From the sequence record SRR31156797_401: a DNA stretch of 64,000 nt, one strand, 5' to 3'. The translations under genes and the position numbers were made by a program. This document shows, piece by piece, positions 48,851 to 58,149 of this stretch. A model generated the notes under the pieces. That model was not told the DNA's origin. It saw nothing but the letters and a program-made list of their open reading frames with translations, and made no database searches. Every line of letters begins with the position of its first letter. Within the stretch, counting starts at the first letter, position 1.

Positions 48851-49124
48851 AGCAGTGAAAACCTATTATATATAATTAAAAGGTTTGTTTTTACCACACT
48901 TTCAATTATCCATCAAACAAAGAACAGACATGACCTGAGAGTACCTGCTCTCATCCCAATCCGCTTGGCTCTATGCAAAAAAATATTAATTCTCCTTCAA
49001 GGATATTGCCGGAGCTGGCAAAATACAGTATGTGCAACAATTATTGATCCTCACTAGCGAGCAAAAAAGTGTCAAAACTTTTTTATTACTTTTTTCGAAC
49101 ACGATCCCATTTACAATAATCAGT

Positions 49125-49874
49125 ATGACCCTACAGACCGTCGGCATCCACAATTTAACCCGTCCTATTTCCATCAAGACGAAAACAGGGGTCACCCAGC
49201 AGACCGTCGCCACTATTGATCTTGATGCACTTCTACCTCACGATCGTTCAGAATCATGCGTTGAGGTTATGATGCCACTTCTTGCTGAGTACGCAGAAGA
49301 TATTCATGTTGGTGTATTCCCGGATCTCCTGCTCACAGTTCGTGAACAGCTCCAGGCAAAGGAAGCACGCCTGGCAATGACGTTTCCCTATTTTATCAAT
49401 AAAACCGCGCCTGTTTCAACGACCTCAAGCTTGATGGAGTACCAGTGTACCCTTACAGGAACCTCGGCAAAAACTAAATCTCCCCTCATCCGGGTATTGG
49501 TCCCGGTTACAACCCTCTGCCCATGTTCAAAGGAAATAAGTACGGCTGGGGCGCATAACCAAAGAGCAGAAGTAGCCCTGACAGTTCAACCCAATGGGTT
49601 TACCTGGCTGGAAGACCTTATAACGCTTGTCGAGGAAAGCGGTTCTTGTCAACTCTATTCACTACTGAAGCGCCCCGACGAAAAATATGTGACAGAGAGG
49701 GCCTACGAAAACCCTATGTTTGTTGAAGATGTAGCAAGAATGGTCGCACTAAAAACACGTAATCTTAAAAACATAGAATGGTTTTCTGTGGGAGTGGAAA
49801 GTTTCGAATCGATCCACAAACATAGTGCCTACGCCTATATTGACAGCACCGACCTCCGCAATGCATCGAACTGA
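49125..49874 (+). CDS. folE2: GTP cyclohydrolase type IB (FolE2) homologue with a divergent N-terminal motif
   Basis: FPYF..K.APVS, PVTTLCPCSKEIS, GAHNQR, LLKRPDEKYVTE, NPMFVED, ESIHKHSAYA; likely start ATG 49125. Confidence 0.85.
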   Translation: MTLQTVGIHNLTRPISIKTKTGVTQQTVATIDLDALLPHDRSESCVEVMMPLLAEYAEDIHVGVFPDLLLTVREQLQAKEARLAMTFPYFINKTAPVSTTSSLMEYQCTLTGTSAKTKSPLIRVLVPVTTLCPCSKEISTAGAHNQRAEVALTVQPNGFTWLEDLITLVEESGSCQLYSLLKRPDEKYVTERAYENPMFVEDVARMVALKTRNLKNIEWFSVGVESFESIHKHSAYAYIDSTDLRNASN

Positions 49875-50027
49875 ATCATTTGCCGATATATGTCACCCAA
49901 AATACAGACCGGCCAGCGCTTCACTTTTCAATCAATGCCTCTCTGACTCCTAATAATTCTTTTTTATTCCGCGCCGTCACTTTCCATGGTAAAATAATCA
50001 AAAATCAGTACTTTTCGGAATATATTA

Positions 50028-50489
50028 ATGGTTACCGAGCTACGAAAATCAGTCAGAAATCCGGATTACCTGCCAGTAACAGTTAACGCCATAAATAGTG
50101 TAGACGGCGCATTACTCGCTGGTCCTTTCTCCACCCGTATTATAGATATTTCTTCCCACGGTGCCTGCCTGCTCACGACCCAGGTCATTAAAGATCGATA
50201 TCATATTTTTCATACCGTTCAGGATCACGCATCTCATTTGCTAGAACTGACCATTAATCTACCGCCTGATCTCATTGACTACACTCTCGTCGCCCGCCCC
50301 GTCTGGATGAATATTTTCCGCCAACAGGAAATAAGCGCATTCAAACTTGGAATAGAATTCATAGAGAGCCTAGAAGGGAAAAAAATGCGGAATATAAGAA
50401 AATCACTCATGAAAGATCAGGAAAAAAGAGGCACTTGGTGGGCTCGAGCGTGCTCAACAATGAATATAACTACATCACGTAAAAAATAA
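50028..50489 (+). CDS. PilZ-domain protein
   Basis: RKSVR (RxxxR) and DISSHG (DxSxxG); RPVW...LGIEF. Confidence 0.8.
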   Translation: MVTELRKSVRNPDYLPVTVNAINSVDGALLAGPFSTRIIDISSHGACLLTTQVIKDRYHIFHTVQDHASHLLELTINLPPDLIDYTLVARPVWMNIFRQQEISAFKLGIEFIESLEGKKMRNIRKSLMKDQEKRGTWWARACSTMNITTSRKK

Positions 50490-50518
50490 CCCTTCCAGTA
50501 ATGACGGGAAAATATGGC

Positions 50519-52108
50519 CTAAGACACCTTTACCGAAGGAAGAGCATAGACTACCATTGGCTCTTCAATCCCCCTGAGCCTCATTTCACCCCATTTTTCC
50601 ACATGAAAAAGGTGCTGCACATCATTACGTACTGACTCTGTCAGGTATATCTGACACTGGGTTGACTCTGCCGCTAATCGTTGCGCAATATTGACCTCAT
50701 TACCAATAACGGTATAGTCAAAACGCCTTGAAGAGCCAACATTCCCCAAAAAAACGTCACCCCTGGTAATCCCTATCCCCAAATCGATATTACAAAAGAC
50801 ATCACTTCTGTTTTGCCACCGCAGGTGAATTTCTTTAAACTTTTGCCTAATCATCAATGCTGCTTCTACCGCAGCACGATTAGCGTCTTTATTGGTAACA
50901 GGAGCACCAAACATTGCCAAGACCGCATCGCCCATGAACTTATCGACAGTTCCCTGTTGCTGAAAGATAGTATCTGTAAAAATATTAAAAAAATCATTGA
51001 GAAAAGCACGAAGCCGATCCAATTCAAGTTGCTGGACCAAGGCTGTAAAATTTCGGATATCGGCAAAAAGGATGGTTACTTTCCGAATATCTCCCAACTC
51101 CATAAGCTCCGTTTCTCCTACCAGCAGGAGCTGAGCCACTTCCGGTGCCATATACTGCTCAAGCAGGGTCCTTGTGCGTGTAACTTCTTCAACCTGCCGG
51201 AGTGCGCGCACATTTTCCAAGGCCATGGCAGCCTGGCCGCAAACAACACTGACCACCTCTTTATCTGCCTCTGAAAACCGTTCATCTGTTCCAGTCTGGC
51301 TGATGTTCAACACCCCAATAATGTTCTCCCTGATAATAAGCGGGCAGGATATTGCAGAGACAATCTCAGCCCTTTTTAAAAACGGAGAAAAAATTGTGGT
51401 TTCCTGGTTTTCCTTATTTAAAATAACTGGCTTTCCATGTTTAAAAACCCAACCCGCAATGTGCTCACCTTTAGCTATCCGGACAGAGTTGGCCAACTCC
51501 AAATCCATCCCTCTAGAGGCTGCAATGTGCAGGCTTGCCTGTTTTTCATCATAAAGAAGAATTGACATATGTGAAGAACCGGTCAATTCGGCAATACTAT
51601 CAAGTACGCCTTCCAAAACTTCCTGCTCAGTGGTTGAAGAAAGAAACTGTTCGCCAAGGCTGTACAGAGGAAGCAATGTCTTTAGACGGATATTCTCGTC
51701 GTCCTTTTTTTTACGATCAATAGACTGCTTAACCATGGAGCAAAGATGTTCAGGCAGGACAGGCATTTCAAGGATACCTGAGAAGCCTGCAGAAACTGAG
51801 GCATCAAGCAGATCATTATTAACAGATGATGTTAACAAAACACCAGAGAGGCCGGGAAAATGTTTTCGTAAATCGACAAAGGCTTCAATGCCATTGACGC
51901 TGGTAGAGTCCTCGATCAGAGCTATGCTGACCTCATGATCTTTGCAAATTTGGGCGGCTTCCCTTCTCTCTGCACAGGCAATAACAGTATACTCGCTGAG
52001 TGCTGAGCAAAGGCTCGCCGCACTCACGGAATCGTTGCTCAACAGCAGAATAATCATTTTCATAAGCAGTATGGTGAGATATGCGCTAATATGGTTAAAT
52101 AATACCAC
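50519..52108 (-). CDS. Class III adenylate cyclase with pseudo-receiver and GAF domains
   Basis: LFADIRNFT, DKFMGDA, GNVGS..RFDYTVIGNEVNIAQRL; GAF segment IAGWV...PL...IIGVLNI. The true start may be 52063 or 52057. Confidence 0.9.
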   Translation of the reverse strand: MVLFNHISAYLTILLMKMIILLLSNDSVSAASLCSALSEYTVIACAERREAAQICKDHEVSIALIEDSTSVNGIEAFVDLRKHFPGLSGVLLTSSVNNDLLDASVSAGFSGILEMPVLPEHLCSMVKQSIDRKKKDDENIRLKTLLPLYSLGEQFLSSTTEQEVLEGVLDSIAELTGSSHMSILLYDEKQASLHIAASRGMDLELANSVRIAKGEHIAGWVFKHGKPVILNKENQETTIFSPFLKRAEIVSAISCPLIIRENIIGVLNISQTGTDERFSEADKEVVSVVCGQAAMALENVRALRQVEEVTRTRTLLEQYMAPEVAQLLLVGETELMELGDIRKVTILFADIRNFTALVQQLELDRLRAFLNDFFNIFTDTIFQQQGTVDKFMGDAVLAMFGAPVTNKDANRAAVEAALMIRQKFKEIHLRWQNRSDVFCNIDLGIGITRGDVFLGNVGSSRRFDYTVIGNEVNIAQRLAAESTQCQIYLTESVRNDVQHLFHVEKWGEMRLRGIEEPMVVYALPSVKVS

Positions 52109-52369
52109 TTAGTAAACTCAGAGGCAAGCAGTGCAGAAATTCCCCTTTCCTAAGCCAAGCAGTTGTTACATATATTGCTAACCCGTTTTGCATGCGGTTC
52201 AGCCTTTGAGATAATTAAGCCCGAGCAAACATTGAGGTTCTTTTATCGTTGCGCCATATCGCTTCACTCCCTCCGTGGTCATACTGGACGCTGGATTGTG
52301 ACAGCATTTGACTGATCGAAAAAAGGATACCTAATAAATAATACAATATTTACTTCTTTTATACTAACA

Positions 52370-53503
52370 ATGACCAAAACACTTTCTGCTAAACACCTTT
52401 TCGCAGTATTCTGCCTGCAGCTTATCCTTCTCACAACAGTCCATGCAGAAGAAGTGCCCAACCTGCTGATTTTATACTCTAATGATATCCAAGGGGAACT
52501 CAAGCCCTGTGGCTGAGGGAGCAATAAATTGGGCGGTCTGTCCAAACGCATCACCCTTGTGAACCAACTATCAAACACAACCAATACCCCGTTAGTGATT
52601 GACAGTGGCAATCTTTTTTTTAAACCCGGAATTTCTAAGCATACAAATTCTTCGGCTGCGCAAACAAAAGCTACAATAATAGCACAAACATTTCTTGCTG
52701 GCCAAAATGCCGTTGCCGCAATAGGTCGCAATGATCTCATTGCAGGCCCTTCTTTTTTAAAAAATCTAGAAAAAAATCATTCCATCCAGTTTCTCTCGGC
52801 AAATCTCGCTGAAGCAGATACCGAGACGCTCCTCTTCCAGCCCTTTACCACCAAAAAAATAGGCGAACTTCATATCGGTATCATCGGTCTCACCGGCTTG
52901 CCCCTGCCCCCCTTTCCAAATGCTCCACTTTCGCTCCTTTCCTGGGAAAAAGTTTTACCCAAACTCCTCGAACGACTCGGGTCGCAAGTCGACATGATCG
53001 TACTCCTCTCTAATCTCCCCTCACATGAAAACATAAAAATAGCCCAAAATTTCGATGCTATTAATATCATTTTCCAATCTGGAAATACCACTAAGGGAAA
53101 CGTTCCTCCAAACATAATCAGTAATACCCTCGTCTGCCAAACCACAACCAGAGGGAGGTATCAGGGAGTGCTTGAAATCAAGTGGAACGAATCTCGAAAA
53201 TGGAAAGTGCATGCCCCAACAAAAAGGGAACTCAATCAGATAAAGGCTCAACTGGAGCAGGTTAACCAAAAGATACTGGAGAGTGAACAGGAACACCCTG
53301 AGAAAGCCAGGCAAGATATTCGTTTGAAGGGACTACAGAGACTCAAGCAAAGACTGGCAGGTAAGCAGGAGCAATTACAACAACAGGCAAACAATAGCAA
53401 TAGTTCCGGAGCAACCTATAGCAACCGTTTTATTGCCCTCTCTTCCCAAGTGGAAGAAGACCAACGAACAGGAGAACTGATACGGGCAGCAAAGCTCAGA
53501 TAA
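52370..53503 (+). CDS. Secreted UshA/5'-nucleotidase-like selenoprotein (377 aa, C-G-U at 47-49)
   Basis: ATG 52370 gives a signal-peptide-like N-terminus and LLILYSNDIQGELKPCG, then TGA 52514-52516 in frame with GSNKLGGLSKR... (track ORF from 52529). Followed by a SECIS-like hairpin. UshA-like IDSG, AIGRND, FLSAN and IGIIGLT. Confidence 0.87.
52529..52545 (+). promoter_or_regulatory. Bacterial SECIS element for the UshA-like gene
   Basis: TTGGGC-GGTCT-GTCCAA hairpin (one G-U pair); the loop begins 18 nt after the TGA and shares GGTC with the hdrA SECIS. Confidence 0.78.
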
Positions 53504-53518
53504 AGACCGCACGCTCAC

Positions 53519-53554
53519 AAAAAAAAAGGGCATATCCTAACGGATATACCCTTT
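53519..53554 (-). terminator. Intrinsic terminator of ppaC, possibly bidirectional
   Basis: Minus strand: AAAGGGTATATCC-GTTA-GGATATGCCCTTT followed by a long T run. Confidence 0.85.
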
Positions 53555-53585
53555 ACAACAACAAACTCAACTACTAATAAAAAAA

Positions 53586-54506
53586 TTAGCAGCCGAATGT
53601 TTTCTGCAGATTAGGAACGGTCTGCTTCTTACGACTCATCATACCATCAATCCACATGGTATTATCAGCAAGTTTTGCGTCAAATGCCTTTTCAACAAGC
53701 TCTGGCTCATCGGAAAGCACTACCAGATCAGTTCCTTCCTTCACAACATCGGTCAGCATCAACAAGATAGAGTGACGACCGTCAGCTTTCATTTCTTCCA
53801 TGGCTTTCATCAGGTCACCACGCATATCTTCAACCTGATCCAATGCTGCCAGTTCGAGCTGACCAACACCAACTTTTTTACCGTTCATGTCAAAATCTTT
53901 GTAATCACGGTTCAACAGATCCATGGCAGGAACGCCAGCTACAGCGCTTTTTGCTTTCAGCATATCCATGAACAGTCCATCAGTATCAGTTACCCCTGCG
54001 ATGGTTGCCAGTTCAGCAACTGCTTTCTTATCTGCATCTGTACAGGTCGGGGACTTGAAATTAACAGTATCGCTTAAAATCGCTGCCAGCATCAGACCAG
54101 CAACCTTAGGATCTACCGCTACTCCGTCCAGGTCATAGAGTACCTTTAAAACTGTTCCTGTACAACCTACAGGCATATTACAGAAAAAAATCGGGCTATT
54201 GGTGGTTACATCGCCAATTTTATGATGGTCAACAACGGCTACGACTTCACCATCACTGAGATTATCAGGAGCCTGATTCAAATCACTGTGGTCAACCAAA
54301 GCAACCTGCTTGCCAGCCGCGTCGGTCATCATTTCCGGCATAGCAACGCCAAAGCGCTCTAATACTGTAACGGTCTCGGGATTTGCTTCACCCTGCATAA
54401 CCGGGATATAGTCTTCGCCTTTTGCTTTCATCAATTCAGCATAGGCAATAGCAGCGGTTACGGAGTCGGTATCCGGACTTTTGTGACCAAAAACATAAAC
54501 AGACAT
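53586..54506 (-). CDS. ppaC: Manganese-dependent inorganic pyrophosphatase (family II)
   Basis: GHKSPDTDS, LVDH, VDHH, PVGCT, AILSDT..FKSPT, DYKDF, MSRKKQ. Confidence 0.96.
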   Translation of the reverse strand: MSVYVFGHKSPDTDSVTAAIAYAELMKAKGEDYIPVMQGEANPETVTVLERFGVAMPEMMTDAAGKQVALVDHSDLNQAPDNLSDGEVVAVVDHHKIGDVTTNSPIFFCNMPVGCTGTVLKVLYDLDGVAVDPKVAGLMLAAILSDTVNFKSPTCTDADKKAVAELATIAGVTDTDGLFMDMLKAKSAVAGVPAMDLLNRDYKDFDMNGKKVGVGQLELAALDQVEDMRGDLMKAMEEMKADGRHSILLMLTDVVKEGTDLVVLSDEPELVEKAFDAKLADNTMWIDGMMSRKKQTVPNLQKTFGC

Positions 54507-54602
54507 AGCTTAATTTCCTCCAAGAGACTTAAGTAGATGACACAGTAATTGTGCACTTTATTTCCTATTCCAAATGGAATATTGAAACAATAAAATTGAT
54601 CG

Positions 54603-54631
54603 ATATTATAACGTTCACTTATAAGCGTCAA
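54603..54631 (-). promoter_or_regulatory. Sigma70-type promoter candidate for ppaC
   Basis: Minus strand TTGACG-17 nt-TAATAT, with an overlapping TATAAT at 15-nt spacing. Confidence 0.55.
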
Positions 54632-54801
54632 GGAGAAAAACAGAACCAAAGGTCAATAAAGATATTTACTTGTTATTTTAGATACTAACCGTCTTCGATT
54701 TACCTTAAAACCTTTTTTCTTACCCACATTAGCAGCAATCTGCTAAAGTAGGCACAAGTAAAATCAATCCTATTGTCGCTTAATCCAGCACCCCTGAAAA
54801 T

Positions 54802-55746
54802 ATGCCAAACTCAGATAACAAACACATAAAAAGGAAAAAACCACTTACCTTCAAACGATACGGCATAGCACTGATAATTATTGCCGGCATCATTTTTGCG
54901 ATTCTTTTTACTAAAAGCAAGGATCCTTGGCAGCATCAAAAAATCAAACCGCAATCACCACCCTCACAACCTATCGTCTCTCATTCTAATCCCTCACCGC
55001 AACAAGCCCCGGACGTAACCTCACAAAAGCAGGTTGCCGAAGAAACAGCTCTCCAGCAACAACCTGTCTCATCAAGCGCAGCAACAAGGGCTGCCTTACC
55101 CGTCGATCAACAACCAGATAAAGCCCTCCAATGTGAAAAACTTGCAGTCGAGCTGCACCAATTCTTTTCCACACTGGATAGCAAACCATATATTGAGAGC
55201 TTTGGTCTACAGACCTCACTCCAAACCCACTTTATTAAGCTTATCGATTCACTTCTCAATAATCCCCCGACAGTCTCCAGAGAAACAGATGATCTCTATA
55301 CCCTTTTAACCAACATGGCTCACTTTTTTCGTATCATAGGCAAAGACAACATCCTGCTTATTAAAAGTATTCTGGATAGGGAAAGAGACGTAATCGAAGA
55401 TATCGGGCTTGCTCTATACACCTGGATAACTTCAGCTGATTGCAGGAGTGATCATTTTTCCCTGAAAGCTCCACTTGACAAGTCGTATGAGTATGCGGGT
55501 TTTTTCCTCAATACCATGGGAGGGCGCTCCTACCTCTTCCGGCGCGATTCGAGATCAAGACTTCTCGTCAACTATTATGCTGTTCTTATTGTTGATATGG
55601 CTAATACTATTGGCATCAACCGCCATGGAATTAGCATCCCGGAAGCCCTGCCTCTACTGATCGACGAAATAGAAACATCCAACCAACTTATATATAAGGA
55701 ACTTTATTTGGACCGCCTGTACCAACTGTTAGAGTCTTACCAATAA
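54802..55746 (+). CDS. Hypothetical membrane-anchored protein
   Basis: Basic N-terminus, one TM helix, a Pro/Gln/Ser-rich linker and a helical domain with FFLNTMGGRSYLFRR; 314 aa, followed by a terminator. Confidence 0.8.
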   Translation: MPNSDNKHIKRKKPLTFKRYGIALIIIAGIIFAILFTKSKDPWQHQKIKPQSPPSQPIVSHSNPSPQQAPDVTSQKQVAEETALQQQPVSSSAATRAALPVDQQPDKALQCEKLAVELHQFFSTLDSKPYIESFGLQTSLQTHFIKLIDSLLNNPPTVSRETDDLYTLLTNMAHFFRIIGKDNILLIKSILDRERDVIEDIGLALYTWITSADCRSDHFSLKAPLDKSYEYAGFFLNTMGGRSYLFRRDSRSRLLVNYYAVLIVDMANTIGINRHGISIPEALPLLIDEIETSNQLIYKELYLDRLYQLLESYQ

Positions 55747-55784
55747 AAAAGGCAGGCCTGAAGTACAAGACCTGCCGCTTTTTT
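55745..55784. terminator. Bidirectional terminator
   Basis: AAAAAA-GGCAGG...CCTGCC-GC-TTTTTT between convergent genes. Confidence 0.7.
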
Positions 55785-55804
55785 ATTTGAGCATGCTTAT
55801 TAAA

Positions 55805-56515
55805 TTAATCGCGGCTCCCCCCAAAAAAACGAAGCAGCATAAGGAACAAATTAATAAAATCAAGGTACAGAGCAAGGGCGCCTATAATCGCACCTTTTTG
55901 TATGGCTGATTCTCCTTGCTCCATAATCCCCTGCTCGCCCATTGTCTTAATTTTCTGCACATCATAGGCAGTCAGTCCGACAAACACTAGCACACCGATT
56001 ACGGAAATAGCCCAGTAAAGGCTGGAGCTCTGTAAGAAAATATTGACGATTGAAGCCAATATAATCCCAATCAATCCCATAAACATAAAAGAACCCATAC
56101 CAGAAAGGTCCCGTTTGGTAACCATACCATAAACAGCCATGGCACCAAACATGCCAGCAGTAATAAGGAAGGTGCTGCCAATGGAAGCCCTGGTATAGGC
56201 TAGAAAGATAGTTGAAAGGGTCAGCCCATTTAACACGGAGTAACCTATAAACAATGCTGTAGCTGTTCCGGATTGAATCTTTTCTATTCTGGCCGAGAGG
56301 TAAAAAACCATTCCCAGTTCTGCCAAGATGAGCACAATGAAAAGCGGGCTGCTGGCAATGGCCAAAGCGAGGCCTGTCTGTGCGGTAAAGTAGGCCAAAA
56401 CCCCGGTTACAGCCAGGCCTATCGCCATCCAGTTAAAGACCTTGGCAAGAAAAATGGTTGAAGCTTCATGCCTGGCCTTGGCCAGGGTCATTGTATTTGT
56501 TGCTTGTGTTTGCAT
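55805..56515 (-). CDS. Bax inhibitor-1/YccA-family membrane protein
   Basis: Seven TM segments, TKRDLS, GLTAYDVQKIK, GALALYLDFINLFL; start ATG 56515 after AAGGAG. Confidence 0.93.
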   Translation of the reverse strand: MQTQATNTMTLAKARHEASTIFLAKVFNWMAIGLAVTGVLAYFTAQTGLALAIASSPLFIVLILAELGMVFYLSARIEKIQSGTATALFIGYSVLNGLTLSTIFLAYTRASIGSTFLITAGMFGAMAVYGMVTKRDLSGMGSFMFMGLIGIILASIVNIFLQSSSLYWAISVIGVLVFVGLTAYDVQKIKTMGEQGIMEQGESAIQKGAIIGALALYLDFINLFLMLLRFFGGSRD

Positions 56516-56701
56516 GTATTCCAACTCCTTTGTCACTCGATTTACACAGTTAATTTACTTTTCAACATCCACAGTCATTACCTGACTGATCTTATCTAAT
56601 ATTTCCTTCTTAGAGTAACCATTTTATGGAAGAAAACAACGCTATCATTTTTTTACAAACATAGAATCGTTGAACACTCCTTGGCCACCCTACTCTACAT
56701 A

Positions 56702-58132
56702 TCAATACGCACCCTTACCGCTGAACATGCATTGTATGGTTTTGGCAATGATAACCAAATCAGTTCTCAATGAATAATTTAACACATACCAATCGTCAAG
56801 TTCCACCCGTTCCTGGTAATTTTCCATATCACTGCGCTTGATAACTTGCCAAGGACCGGTAATACCAGGTTTCATGGAACAATACCTGCCAGCACTCTGC
56901 TCACCATTACCCTTATAATACTCCTGCAGCTCTTTGCCAACGATAGGACGAGCGCCGACCACACTCATTTCCCCTTTAAGCACATTAAAAAATTGGGGTA
57001 ATTCATCCAGACTTGTACGCCGCAAAAATCCTCCGATTCGGGTGATTCGAGGATCATATTTCAACTTGTAGTGCTGTTCCCATTCGGTCAGCAAGTCGGC
57101 ATCTTCAGCTAAAAGACGTTCCAACTGTTGTTCCGCATCTGACACCATTGTTCTGAACTTTAAACAGGAAAAACTTCGCCCAGTGGCCATAATCCTTCTG
57201 TGTCGATAAAAAACAGGCCCACGACTATCCAGTTTAATAGCAATAGCCAACAAAAGGAACAAGGGGCTGCCAAGTACCAACACAAGGGATGAAAAGATAA
57301 CATCAAAAGTTCTTTTCCATTGCCTTTCAGGGTTAAAATTGAGAACAATCATCTCCCCTAGAGATTGTATCTCAGCATGATGCAAGCCGAATATATAGAG
57401 GTCCGGCACCAGCAGAATTTGAGCCCCAAGGTCCCTACAATTTTGTAAAATGTCAAATATTTTTCTTTCTGCTCTCATGGGTAGGGCTATATAGACGTAA
57501 TCCACATCATGTTGAACCAAAAACGTCTCGACATCACTTATCTTGCCTAAGAGCGGTTTTTTCAAAGGAGCAAGTACTTCCTGCTTATCAAGCTTATCAT
57601 CAAAGAAGCCGATTATTTCAATCCCCGCCCAGGGAATATTTTCCAGTTCCTTTGCCATCCGTATCCCTAAATCACCGGCACCAACAATCACGGCATGGCG
57701 GATATTTTTCCCCTGTGTCCGGTAAAACCGAAGCAACTTTCTGACAAAGAAATGGCTCAAAAAAATCAGAAACGGAGTTGTGAGGCTTAGCAGGATAAAT
57801 ACCGTTCTCGAGTAAGCAATCGAGATTTTAAATATGAAGAAATAAAACAGGAGGAAACCAATCACCGTCCCCCAGGCCTGTAAAATTACCAGAAATTCGC
57901 GATAATATTTCCATCCCCGCCATGAGCGATAGAGCTGAAAAGAATGAAAACTGAAAAATGAACAGAGAAAAAGCACAATCTCCAGGTGGGTATAATATGG
58001 TGACCAAGGCACATTGTACAGCCACACATAAAACCAGAGAAAAAAGCAGACCAGCACGCAATCAAAAATGTGCAGGAATCGATAAACAACAGAACTGCGT
58101 TCGCGCAGATTCCAAGAAAGAATTGGTGACAT
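56702..58132 (-). CDS. Initiating undecaprenyl-phosphate sugar phosphotransferase (WbaP/WcaJ family)
   Basis: Four N-terminal TM segments, IVGAG domain, KRTFD, KFRTM, DPRIT..G.FLRRTSLDELPQ, KPGITG.WQV. Confidence 0.93.
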   Translation of the reverse strand: MSPILSWNLRERSSVVYRFLHIFDCVLVCFFLWFYVWLYNVPWSPYYTHLEIVLFLCSFFSFHSFQLYRSWRGWKYYREFLVILQAWGTVIGFLLFYFFIFKISIAYSRTVFILLSLTTPFLIFLSHFFVRKLLRFYRTQGKNIRHAVIVGAGDLGIRMAKELENIPWAGIEIIGFFDDKLDKQEVLAPLKKPLLGKISDVETFLVQHDVDYVYIALPMRAERKIFDILQNCRDLGAQILLVPDLYIFGLHHAEIQSLGEMIVLNFNPERQWKRTFDVIFSSLVLVLGSPLFLLLAIAIKLDSRGPVFYRHRRIMATGRSFSCLKFRTMVSDAEQQLERLLAEDADLLTEWEQHYKLKYDPRITRIGGFLRRTSLDELPQFFNVLKGEMSVVGARPIVGKELQEYYKGNGEQSAGRYCSMKPGITGPWQVIKRSDMENYQERVELDDWYVLNYSLRTDLVIIAKTIQCMFSGKGAY

Positions 58133-58149
58133 GTATCAGTAACTGAGGG

